A stretch of DNA of 64,000 bases from Epithemia pelagica (taxonomy: Eukaryota > Protista > Bacillariophyta): the NCBI GenBank assembly GCA_946965045.2, contig OX337229.1, forward strand, positions 4,216,001 to 4,280,000, read 5' to 3'. The notes under the pieces are model-generated. The model was not told the DNA's origin. It was given only the letters and a program-made list of their open reading frames with translations, and made no database searches. Below, piece after piece: positions 28,568-39,327 of this stretch. A program made the position numbers and the translations under genes. How positions within the stretch are numbered: position 1 is the first letter of the stretch; each line of letters begins with the position of its first letter.

Positions 28568-29863
28568 GAGAGCGCCGACGTGTTGTCGGTGCGCATGGAG
28601 ATGACAAGGGTCTGGGGTTGCGGTGTGGCGTGAGAAGCCACTCGCTGCAGGAACCAGAAGTTTATGAGAAGGACGACGAATTCAAGCAAGTTGATGTGCC
28701 ACAGGGCATCTGGCGTGTCTTGAGTTGGATCGGATAATTTGGTGGACTGCATATCTTTTGGCAGGAACTGGAATTTGGGCATTGGTGTTGCCGTCATCAG
28801 TGTCGGTGATTTTGGAGCTTGGATCGATGCACAAGCGGCCGGTGTCGCCGATGCGGTGGGGTTTGGGCGCTACCCAGTTAATGAGTGAAAGGAAAAGACC
28901 GGGGAGGAACCGCCAGATAATTCGGGGAAGGAAAAGATGATACTGTAGCTGTTCCTCTTTCTTGAACTTTTTGGTGATTTCCTCTAAGTTTTCTTGGACC
29001 CCGGGGTAGTTGTCAAGGAGGTTGCGTTGGGAAACGGCAACACGACTACAGGAATAGTGGCCTGCGAGAGGGGCGCCCAGGTGAAAAAGTTGCCAAGTGC
29101 GGGCATAGTCCAACCGTGGATAGTCCGGTGGGGGCTCAAAAGCTTTGACGCGGTCAATGATGTCGAAGGTGTCTGCCAGGCGTCTGTGATGATTGTTGTA
29201 GATTCCGCCAAGCCAGCGGTACATGTCCGCATATACAAAGTTTGCGCGACAAAGGGCAACGGCAAGCAGAAAAGCCTTACGGAATGGAAGGGGTTGGGAT
29301 TTGTCTTCGCAGGGGGGTATGCGACAGACAGCGAGAGAGGTGCCATGAGCAGCAGCAACGCGGAGACGATGATAGAAGTGGAAGCTTGGCGAGGAGGCGA
29401 CTAGGTTTTGTTGGTCCTGTGGGGACAAAAAATCCCATGCGTAGTGTCCGAGCAATTCAGGGGAAACAACATGGGGTGCGGTTGCCGCAAGGGGAGTGCC
29501 GTCAGGAGCAGCATGGGATGTGCCGACGTTGAGACGGTCAGGACCGAAACCAATTCGTTTGCGATGGTGTGTGAACGACCAGAGAGGGAACAGGGGAAGA
29601 ATTCCCCAGTTGGGCACCAAGGAGGAAGAGGCAAGGAGGAGTTGGGAGCGATCGGCGTCGGTCAAAAAGGGGTTGACGGTGGTTAACACCGTGTGCAACG
29701 TTGGCAACTCATAGGAGACCCGAGAGGGGGCAGCACGTGGGTGAGAAGGAAATACTGGTAGTTTGGGGACAGTAGGGACAGCCTCAGTAGTGGGAGCGGG
29801 AAGGGAGAGGAGAAGATCTGCCGTAGAGGTGGGATAAAATTTCTCTGGTGAAGTGGGAGGCAT
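28177..29863 (-). pseudogene. Deleted pol: RT N-terminal part joined to C-terminal RNase H
   Basis: 28682..29863 reaches the first RT motif (GRLCIDPS), and only about 50 codons later, in another frame, come the RNase H motifs HINLLE, TDNTSA and HIAGELNHNADLLSR. No YxDD and no first RNase H Asp were found. Confidence 0.8.
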
Positions 29864-29920
29864 TTCATCAGACCACGGCGAACGGGCGCAAGTCGAACCT
29901 GGGCGATGATGTGCCGGTAG

Positions 29921-32900
29921 TCACGACGAGGGCGGGGGTTGTTGAGGGGCGTTTGGACGGTTCGGACGGTCTGAAGCCATGTGGGCTGCAAATTCTGGTG
30001 TAGGTTGGAGAAGGTGTCGAACGCGATCATGGTGACAGAACTCCCAGAGCGGTTTAAGGGAGGATTGGGGCCAGTTGGAGATAGCCTGGGGAGAAAGGCA
30101 GACGTGGTGTCGATTGCATTGCAACGGTTGGCCTTCCGAGTTTGTGCGTGAACGATGGGGACCGGTGCACCCGACAACAGAGTTCTTGTCGATGTACATA
30201 AAGCAATATTGCTTTTGGTCGAAACGGGGAATGGTGAGGGAAGACGCGAGGTCGGCAAGGAGCTTACCTGAGTGGGTATAACGTTCCTTCCCTGCCGCGG
30301 TGAGGGTGACAAGCGGGACGAGAGCTTTTTGGCCAGGGCGACGCTGGGGTTGAGCGGAGTCAGAACGAGCACGCTTGGGCGGTGGTTGGTCGGCAGCACG
30401 GTCAGGAGGACGGTCCGAGGGAGAGCGACGCCGTTGGGCACGATCGTAGCGTTCAAGAGGAGAACGAGAGTCACCCCGGTGATCAGGACGAGATGGTAGG
30501 AGATAGTTGGGGTGGAGCGGCAAAACAAGGGTGACATGGAGTTGGTGTGTTGGTGGGAGAGTATGGTAGGAGCCGTAAATAATAGGGTAAAGGTGGATCT
30601 CCAATCCAAACAGTAGGTGAGATTTGAGTCGGTTGAGTGCGGGCTCACATCGTAGATGAGAGTGCACTGGGGAACAAAGCCTTCAGGGTCTGCGGTGGCA
30701 GGGCAAGCTATTTTGGTACGATTCTGGGCGCCCCAGCGGAGGAATTGTTGAAACAGGTCACAGGTGTGATGGAGAAGGGCCTGAGACAATTGTAGCGTGT
30801 GACTGGGTTGCGAGGAAGCCAATGTCGACCATGCATCTCGAGTTTGAGCTTGATCAAACTGATGAGCTGCCCAAAGCAATTGACCGGCAAGGGGACCGCG
30901 GAGAAGAAAGGGGCTAAAACCTGGAGGGAATTGGGGGAAGGAGTCGTCGTTGGTGAGTACTGTGTTTAAGAAAAACACAATATGATGGAAGAACAGCTTA
31001 AACTGGGTGCAGGAGAGACCTTGTTGCGGGAGGCGACCCTCTGGGGACAAGGGGATGGACCATAGGAAGTGCCAAGGAGTAAGGGATAGATATAATGACT
31101 TAGGGTCGTCGAGATGAAGAGTCTGACCTGCGTTGATTCGGAATGTTCTCAGTGCTTTACGCGGGGCTTCTGCGTGAAGGAAAGACTGAGAAAAATCGAC
31201 GCGGAACGGAGCCACCGGGTATTTGGAAGCTTCAATGGCGGCGGCGAGGAGGTCAATGGCCGCTACCTCGGCGGCAGAGCTGCGATGATCAGCGCCTGCG
31301 TAGGGCAGAACTTGGCGCAGCCAATCGTTGTTGAGATGGCTGGGGGTATGGAGAAGCTCGTGGGAATAGGAGGGACGTCTCGTGGTTGTGGGCAAGTTGG
31401 GGTCAACCAAACGTAGATCAGTAGGTAGAGCAACGATGCCCAGGAAGGCCCATTGGACTACATGAGGTGGGAGTTGGTCTGTGTCCTGGAAAATAAAGCG
31501 GTCAAAAGTAAATTGACCGCGCTCTTCCATGGTGCGTCGGATGAGGGGAAGATACGCGGAGGAAGCCAAGGTGGAATGCACATATTTGAGCCGTGTGCTC
31601 GTAAACCAAGTTGGGTTGTCAACCGGGAGATACCAGGGTGAGGTAGTGGTGGAAACCAGGGGTGCGTCCCAGGCCTGGCGTTGGTGCGCCAAGGGGTTGA
31701 AGGATTGGGAGTGGTAGGACTCCATGGCTGGAGAGGCTGGGTGATAATGAGTGGGTCGACGTGGTGGGTTGTGGGGTGCATGAGGAGAGGCGTTGGAGTA
31801 GGCATTGGCTGTAGAGGTGGAAGGAGACCGCTGGAGGCGGGGGGGAGGAAGGGGGGGGGGGGAGGAAATGCTCCTGTCGCGAGGGAGGACGAGGCGGAAG
31901 GTGCTGAATGGAGGTTTGGGTGGGAAACGGCGGTGGGTCCGGACCGACGAGGAGACGATTCTGATGGGGTTGAGGTGTCGGCTGCTGTGGTTCCAGCTGC
32001 TGAGGGGGTGGAGGAGCACGCTGTTGTGGTTCCATCTGCTGGGGTTGCAGAGGAGCACGAGAGACAGGGACTGGGGCAGGAAACCGTGGCGAGGGGTCCA
32101 GGGCTGCTGGTGAGGGAATGCGAGCCGTTGGAGGGTGAAAGGCTGTAGGACGACGAGAGAGGCTTTCTGCGGGAGGTTCCAGAGGGAATGGTCGAACTTC
32201 CGGTGTCTGGGGAGAGGAAGGAGGGTTTTTTTGCGAGGGTTTGTCCGGGGAATCGACATTCAAACGGGTAACCGTGTTGGGTTGGGGTGGGTTGAGGGAC
32301 GAAGATGGTGACCGCTCGTGTGGGGTGGATATGGCGCGTTGAGCGAGATGATCGTTTGGGAGGTGATTCAAAAAATCCGGAAGGTATTTTTGGACATCAA
32401 AGGAAGAAAAGGATTTGAAACCGTAGGAGGTGGACCACGACTGTGTTTGAGGGCGAAAGAGGAAAGGAACGTATGTGTGGGTGTTGTCCACGTGAGGGAT
32501 GTTTTGAGGGAGGAACAGGTCGACGTCTTGGGAGGATAGCATGTTTGCTTTCTCCCGAAAGAAAGTGAAGAATTTGGTTCGCATGGTATGGGACGGATTG
32601 TTTTGGAGGAGTGCATCTGAGAAAAGCTTGGTTGTAAGGGAGAAGAAAGGATGCACAAACAGGGCTTCATAAGGGTGGATACGAGCCGGATAAGAACGGG
32701 GAAGGTTGGTAGAGATGGGGACGTTCTTGAGGGTGGTGAGGTCGGATGCTATCTGCTTGGAAGTGTGCCAAACAGTAGCAAAGTCGTCGGCGCGTTGACT
32801 CACGGTGAGGAGCCAATCGTTGACAAAAGGGACGTCAAGCCAAGAGAGAGTTGTTGCCAAGTCTTTGAGATGGGAAGAACGAGTGGCTGGCATCGGGTTG

Positions 32901-33890
32901 TAGGTTTGATTCCAACCAAGAATAGCGTTAATTAAACTGGCGGAGTCAGGAATGGAGGCAGGATCGAAAAGGAGACCAATAGGAAGATGATGATGACGAG
33001 GAAGGGGAAGGGCGGAAAGAGCAATCCAGGAGCCCTCGATAGGAGAAGTGTTCGCAACGGGAATTGTGAGAATGGGTTCGTCGACGCGATGGAGGCGCGA
33101 GAAAATTTGATGGGCATGTGGGGGGGAGTCTTGGGAGGGGATCCAAAGAGAATGCCACGGGTCGTCAGGCGAGTGGAGGCGTGACGTAGACTGTTCAAGG
33201 ATAACAGTGGAAAATAGGGCTCGGTGAGCACGGAGGGAGGCCAGTATGGAACTGGGGTGGGAAGTAATCCACGAGTAAGGGTTAAGTTGTGAAATGGATT
33301 GGGGACGGATGCCCGATTGGAAAGCGAACGCGGGGGCAATTAACGTTGTAGGAAAACGAAACTGCGAGGAGCTGATTTTCTGGGGGGTATCGGAAAATAC
33401 ATGTGCTTGCAAGCCTTTTCCGTTGAAGGCAAACGCCGTGGGCCCGAGGACAACCAGGTAAGGGCCGGATGGGGGTGGGATTTTGGAGGAAAGCTTGCTG
33501 GGATCGGTGGTGGGAGCCGAGTCAAGCTGGACAACGGCTAGGAAGCCGGCAATAGTAGGTGAGTCTGCAGCCAGGGCATACTTGGCAGGGGAAGTAACTA
33601 CGGTAGCGTCGGGAGAGGAATTATTTGGCCCAAAATTCAAGGAAAGAAGATTGGCCAAAAATTCCTTCTGGATTTCCTTGGATTTTTCTTCAGGGGACAA
33701 GAAAATAAAGTCTTTAGAGTTTTGGAGATCGGTAGGGTGAAGAGGAGACATGCCGGAGAACTGATTTGGATAGGTTGTGGTGGATGCCACAGGCTTGAAC
33801 AAACCAGAGGGGGAAAACGAAAGGAACGACTGGGTCGTATCGGGAGAGATTAATCCGCGAAGGGTAGGATTAATAGCGAAAGATAACGAC
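29921..33890 (-). pseudogene. Gag-like ORF1 of the YR element, broken by about two frameshifts
   Basis: Three consecutive overlapping frames (31619..34024, 29683..32259, 29921..30667) appear to form one Pro-rich protein. One shift coincides with a G12 run (31851..31862). A C-terminal Cys/His cluster reads YCF...GCTG...QCNRHHVC. Confidence 0.6.
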
Positions 33891-34523
33891 ATGACAAAGG
33901 AAGCAAAGGCAAAGACAAGAAAGAAAGAAGAAAGGAAGAAAAACACCAACAGCAAACTTGATAGAGATTGCGTTGCTCCAAAAACTCTGAGCTCCATGGC
34001 TGCTGTTGGCAGACTCCTAGACATAGCTAGTGTGATCTAGCTAGACTACGTGTAGCTACCTGAGTGTCCTGTCGCTGACGCACAGCATACCCTCTATATT
34101 TTATAGGAGTAATTTTATGGAGAAGTCCCACTCCTAAAAAATATGAAGTGTATGCCTCTCTTCAAGACTGGGTGTCTACTGAATGTCTTAACTCCTAGCG
34201 CCTAAACAAAAATCATACTTAAACCAAAGCCCATAACCCAATAGACCGAACTCAAATTTATGATCGAAACCATTCAAGAGCAAATTTGTCCGGGGGTAGA
34301 CCCCTGCCCATGAACGTCGATCGTGATTCGGATCGTAAAACTTATACATACAAATATATATACATGTATATGATATATCGCCTGCTCTTCCCCCCAATCG
34401 AGCTACCTGACTCCAACCAACAGGTAGCTCTTTACCGCCTTTTCCAATTACTGGCCCTCTTGTTTCGTTTGTCCCCTGATTCCTGTTTCTCTTTGATCGA
34501 ATACCCTCTTCCATCATCACACC

Positions 34524-35840
34524 ATGTCCTCCTACGCAAGATCCCTCGAAGAAGTATTCAACAACGTGGAGAAGTCAATGGCAGACTCAGACGAGGAGCC
34601 TGACATCGAAGAGATAGAAACTCCAAAAGCTGTAACGCAGACAGCCACTTCAGTGACGTTGGATATGAACCAACCACAGCCAGTGACAAACAAAAGGCCT
34701 GCAGAGCCGGTGGCAAAGAGAGAATCTCCACGGCTCAAGATACAACGTCTATTGGACGAGGCAAAACGGGCAAGACTACAAAAGACCAAGAAAGGCCCTC
34801 CTACAGCACCTCCTTCTCGTGCTCCACCGGTGCCTGTCAGTGCTTCCGCGGCAACAACAAACAAGTTGACAAAAGCCAAACAGTCAAAAGGCAATGGCGG
34901 AAAAGGCCGAACAAGGGGCAGGAATTTTACAAGCGATGAGACTTGGTATTTGTTGAATCTCATTGCCACTGTTCGTCCGGGTGGTCAAAACGATTGGGAC
35001 CGCATTACCGAAGCCTACAACGAGAAGTTTGGTAACAGTGATGGAGAGTGGCTACGCGACAGAGAGTCCCTCAAGCGTCGCTTCAGTGCTCTCCACGGCA
35101 GGAAGATCCCTACTGGGGATCCTGACTGCCCCAAAGACGTTAAAGCTGCGAAGAGACTTGTTCGTTACATCGAATCGCGTTGCGATTCAGGCGAAGTTGG
35201 AGACGAGGAAAACTTCTTGGGTGAGGACCAGATTTTGTTGGACAACCAGGAAGAAACAGAAGATTATGCAGATGGAGACGTGGAAGACGATGCTTCTTTG
35301 GATGAAGAAGAAGCAGGAGCCCAAGAGGAACAAAAACAACCATCCAGCAAGAACCCACGAACTCCAAAAGAAACAAGCAAGCCTGTGGAGGGTTTGGCTC
35401 TGGATTTGGCTGAAAGACTGGAATCAAAACCGCTCCGGTCTGCCACCAAAGGCAGAAAGAAGGTAACAATCGAGGATCCCAAGAAGGACGACGGCGACAT
35501 AATGAAATACCTTATTGTGTCGCAGCAGAACCGACAAAATGCAGAGGACAAGGAACGCCGTGAACGCCGTGAAAAGGAAGACCGCGACCAAGAGGAGCGC
35601 CGTGAAAGAGATGAGCGTCGCAAGCGACAAGAAGAACTTCGACAACAGCAAGCCATGCAACAATCCATGGCTATGCAGCAGTCTATGATGCAAATGATGA
35701 TGATGGTGTTTGGACAGCGCCATCCGGTGCAGAACACCCAAACCGTTCAAAATACCCAGACTGTAACGGACGACAACATTCCCAAAGGCAATAGCGACAC
35801 CACTACAAAAGAAAACACTGACGAGAACACAAAGAACTAA
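34524..35840 (+). CDS. PIF/Harbinger accessory Myb/SANT-like DNA-binding protein
   Basis: RGRNFTSDETWYLLNLI...WDRITEAYN...RDRESLKRRFSAL trihelix-type motif, then an acidic region and charged coiled coil. It lies convergent with a DDE transposase. Confidence 0.85.
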   Translation: MSSYARSLEEVFNNVEKSMADSDEEPDIEEIETPKAVTQTATSVTLDMNQPQPVTNKRPAEPVAKRESPRLKIQRLLDEAKRARLQKTKKGPPTAPPSRAPPVPVSASAATTNKLTKAKQSKGNGGKGRTRGRNFTSDETWYLLNLIATVRPGGQNDWDRITEAYNEKFGNSDGEWLRDRESLKRRFSALHGRKIPTGDPDCPKDVKAAKRLVRYIESRCDSGEVGDEENFLGEDQILLDNQEETEDYADGDVEDDASLDEEEAGAQEEQKQPSSKNPRTPKETSKPVEGLALDLAERLESKPLRSATKGRKKVTIEDPKKDDGDIMKYLIVSQQNRQNAEDKERRERREKEDRDQEERRERDERRKRQEELRQQQAMQQSMAMQQSMMQMMMMVFGQRHPVQNTQTVQNTQTVTDDNIPKGNSDTTTKENTDENTKN

Positions 35841-35868
35841 GTAGAATCATTTAACTATAGTAAAGACT

Positions 35869-37047
35869 TCAATGCATGTAACCATATATTTCTGTGGCGG
35901 CCAAACCAGGGTAGAACGTAGAGGAGATTTGGTTAAAGCCGACTGTAGAAGCACGAAAATTGTAGAGCAAGACAATGAGAGAGACAATCACTTTTCTCTC
36001 ACCAAATTCCTTGTACCGAAGACGGTCTTTCAAACGGGGAAAGGAGGCTTGAAGGCCTCGCATCCCCCACTCGGAAAGCTGTCGGACGGATGTGGCAGCC
36101 TTGTGAATCTCACTATCTCTCCGAACTCTTCCCTGTCGGTCTGTGTTTCTCTGGTATGACTTTAGGAGACTCTCTCGTGCCTCAGAGCCAAAAGCAGAAT
36201 CAACCACAATTCTTGCTCCACCACAAGCTTGTTCTCGTGCGTTGATATGGTCTAGCTTCTCGTAGGTTTTCGAGTAGACGGCCATTGTGGAATCGTGCCA
36301 GGATCCGGGCGCATTGATATAGCTTGCCCAAATCCTGCCATCGGGCGAGAACACAAACAAGTTGGAAATGTAATGATCACATTTCCAACCGTTGTAGAAC
36401 ATGTTCTCGAGGTCCGGATTTGCCTCAATAAGCAGTTTTAGGCCGTCCATTGCTCCCCACACGTTGGTCAACACAGGGTACTTTTCGTTGATGACTCTTT
36501 TGAAAGTCGCCACTTCGTCACTTGTAGGCAACTTTACCATTGCGTCCGGATGATCTTTTAGCACAGTGACTAAGACCCTTCGTCCGAATCTTAGCCATAC
36601 AGAGACGGGGGTTGCAGTCATACCGAAGATGACCTGCAATGCTGTCGTCGCCCCCCTTGTCCGTGTCCAGGCTAGAACCAACGCTAGACAAATAGTTGCA
36701 TTGATCGGCCTTTTCCTGCCAGTCCTCCCCGAACGTGGGAGTCGCCTCATACGGTAGGTGTTGCTTGCAGTTTGCGGATAGGGCGTCCACTCGTTGAACA
36801 CAGGAGCAAATAGTTCAGGTAGTTTTTGGAAGGACGCATGATCAAAGCCGCATAATGCAATCAAGGACGAGTCGTCTTTGCTATTAAACAAGCGGATGAA
36901 TGCAGAACGTTTTGGATGCTGAAGTGCCAAACGGCCAATTCGTGCGGAGGGACGTCGTTTGAGTTGCTGCAACATGCGATGAAGTCGTCTCTGTTTCTTC
37001 CTGTGAAGGAGAAGCATAAGAAAGGCAGTTTCCTCATGTTCGTCCAT
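35869..37047 (-). CDS. PIF/Harbinger-type DDE transposase (DDE_Tnp_4-like)
   Basis: HTH-like N-terminal part (GFDHASFQKL...LALVLAW...IFG), then WGAMDG, PGSWHDS, IVVDSAF and RQLSEWGMRGL catalytic motifs. The ORF is intact. Confidence 0.9.
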   Translation of the reverse strand: MDEHEETAFLMLLLHRKKQRRLHRMLQQLKRRPSARIGRLALQHPKRSAFIRLFNSKDDSSLIALCGFDHASFQKLPELFAPVFNEWTPYPQTASNTYRMRRLPRSGRTGRKRPINATICLALVLAWTRTRGATTALQVIFGMTATPVSVWLRFGRRVLVTVLKDHPDAMVKLPTSDEVATFKRVINEKYPVLTNVWGAMDGLKLLIEANPDLENMFYNGWKCDHYISNLFVFSPDGRIWASYINAPGSWHDSTMAVYSKTYEKLDHINAREQACGGARIVVDSAFGSEARESLLKSYQRNTDRQGRVRRDSEIHKAATSVRQLSEWGMRGLQASFPRLKDRLRYKEFGERKVIVSLIVLLYNFRASTVGFNQISSTFYPGLAATEIYGYMH

Positions 37048-37273
37048 TGTTTTGCCTAATAACAATTCTATGATCCTAGGACTAAAGCAATCTACATGAG
37101 GACGATGGTGGATGATGGTGGATGGAGGTGGAGGATGGTGGACGATTGTTGGATGAATGTTGGATGTTGGATGGAGTTCATTGGGGGATAGATGGCATGA
37201 AAAAGGTGAAAACGGCGCGAAGCATGAATGTAGACCTTATGCCCTTAGTGTGCTGGCGTGCGCTTTGAGTCTT

Positions 37274-38587
37274 CCCTCGGTATCAGTGTCCACTGCTTAG
37301 CTGTTTTTTGTCTGTGCCACCTTCACAGGTTCCCAAGTGGACACAGACAGCATTTTTCGTTTTTCGTCTGTCTGTCTAACCATTAAAATTCCTCTGGGTT
37401 GAAGCAAGGCCAGCGTGCAAGTGACAGTTGACGGTTGGTGGTTGTCCTCGCCGGGTCACCACGATTCAAATTTGGGCATCCATCATCATCTCGACACCTG
37501 TCACAAAAACCCAAAACCGAGCCAAATGCTTGACCATGACGTGGGTGAGTACTTATCTTGTTGTCTCTTTTCCCTTTTTCTCACACATCACTGCTGCAGC
37601 TGTCTTTCCTATTGTTCTTGCATGATCCTTTACTTTTGTCTCATTTCGTACGAGTAGATGACAAGCCGCCAGATGTCAACTGGAATATCTTTTCCTTGCC
37701 GTAATTGTTTGTTGTTTGATTGTTTTTTGCCTACTGTCATATGCTCTATAGGATAGATTATTCTCTCTCGTCTCTCATCATAGCGTCATTCTCAATCATT
37801 TCTCAACGATGTTGTTTTTGCATCAAATAGATGGGAAGCCATCTTGCCACATCCTACTGACCAATTATCATATCCTACCTAGGTAGTCGACACAGAGTGC
37901 TCAAAGTGAGCGGTACAAGCATGTGAGAGCTGTTCTGTTGTGTTTTCATAGCGAAACTGAGGGTCATCGTCGTGCTCACAACAAAGAACAAAGCTGCAAC
38001 GAATTCACAAGGCTCAAAAGTCTCATCGATGACAAGCACTGGCGTTCTACTACTAGTAAATAAACAAAAGAATGTCTAGAGTGTAGAGTTTTTTTAATGC
38101 AATCAAAGTTATGGCGCTCAGCAAAAACCAGTCATTTCTGTTCGATAAGAATGAACAATGAGAGTAATGAGCTGCCCAGCGACTAAACAGATGAGTAGCG
38201 TCTCCCACAAGCAGAGCAAACAAAAGTGGCAATTGGTAGTGAGCATGAGTGATGTCATTGACAACATGGCAATTGGCAATGGATCAAGCTCACCTGGAAA
38301 GCCAGTAACATTCGTAAGCAGTAAGTACGATGTGCTTTGGCAAAAGAAAAGAGAATCGTGAGCTTGCCTCGAATTATGCAACAACCAACCGTCATCCACG
38401 CAGGGGACGCTTGCTGGGCTTGCGTCCGTTTCAAACGTCAAAAAGTTCAGCTGGGCATGCGTGCCAATTTGCAATTTGATAATTTCTATTTGCATCAAAA
38501 GCGAAAAATGCTGTCTGTGTCCACTTGGGAACCTGTGAAGGTGGCACAGACAAAAAACAGCTAAGCAGTGGACACTGATACCAAGGG
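37274..38587. mobile_element. 'CCCTCGG' family TIR element, copy 2 (uninterrupted; provides empty sites for both Copia insertions in copy 3)
   Basis: Same TIRs as 4905..6284, and near-identical to the pieces of copy 3. Confidence 0.9.
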
Positions 38588-39327
38588 TTAGGGCTATGAC
38601 TTTCAGTACCAGTACGTCTTTTAAACTTAACCCCTATTTGTCCTAAATATGGTTTGAGATTTACGTCAGATTTACGAACCCTCGGTATCAGTGTCCACTG
38701 CTTAGCTGTTTTTTGTCTGTGCCACCTTTACAGGTTCCCAAGTGGACACAGACAGCATTTTTCGTTTTTCGTCTGTCTGTCTAACCATTAAAATTCCTCA
38801 GGGTTGAAGCAAGGCCAGCGTGCAAGTGACAGTTGACGGTTGGTGGTTGTCCTCGCCGGGTCACCACGATTCAAATTTGGGCATCCTTGACACCTGTCAC
38901 AAAAACCCAAAACCGAGCCAAATGCTTGACCATGACGGGGGTGAGGTGAGAACAATGGATGGATCATGCTGGACTGAACCGTTTCTGTCTATTGCTGCTT
39001 ATTACTTATCTTGTTGTCTCTTTTCCCTTTTTCTCACGCATCACTGCTTCAGCTGTCTTTCCTATTGTTCTTGCATGATCCTTTACTTTTGTCTCATTTC
39101 GTACGAGTAGATGACAAGCCGCCAGATGTCAACTGGAATATCTTTTCCTTGTCGTAATCGTTTGTTGTTTGATTGTTTTTTGGCTACTGTCATATGCTCT
39201 ATAGGATAGATTATTCTCTCTCGTCTCTCATCATAGCGTCATTCTCAATCATTTCTCAACGCTGTTGTTTTTGAATCAAATAGATGGGAAGCCATCTTGC
39301 CACACCCTACTGACCAATTATCATATC

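Larger units (their letters stand above)
24886..34084 (-). mobile_element. Tyrosine-recombinase retrotransposon with split direct repeats (Ngaro/PAT-like), internally deleted
   Basis: On the minus strand the order is A1 (33945..34084), ORFs, B1 (25216..25389), A2 (25076..25215), a 16-nt spacer, then B2 (24886..25059). The 140-bp A copies and 174-bp B copies appear identical. It encodes YR and DIRS-type RNase H motifs; no TSD. Confidence 0.93.
34300..37250. mobile_element. Two-ORF PIF/Harbinger-like transposon; ends not resolved
   Basis: Convergent Myb-like ORF plus DDE transposase, the usual Harbinger gene pair. A candidate right end GCCC|TTA lies at 37241-37247, but no matching left TIR was found. 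Coordinates are approximate. Confidence 0.7.

Noticed and set aside
37095-37190. Degenerate (GGATGATGGT)-like repeat
   Set aside because: Ordinary low-complexity microsatellite upstream of the transposase.
34085-37273. Harbinger-like pair as the autonomous partner of the CCCTCGG family or the 2898..3678 MITE
   Set aside because: Neither TIR was found on both sides of the two ORFs, so the link is unsupported.
37415-39110. Short ORFs recurring in the TIR family (MQVTVDGWW..., ...PRIMQQPTVIHAG...)
   Set aside because: The recurrence only reflects near-identical element copies. They are disrupted by indels between copies and show no transposase motif.
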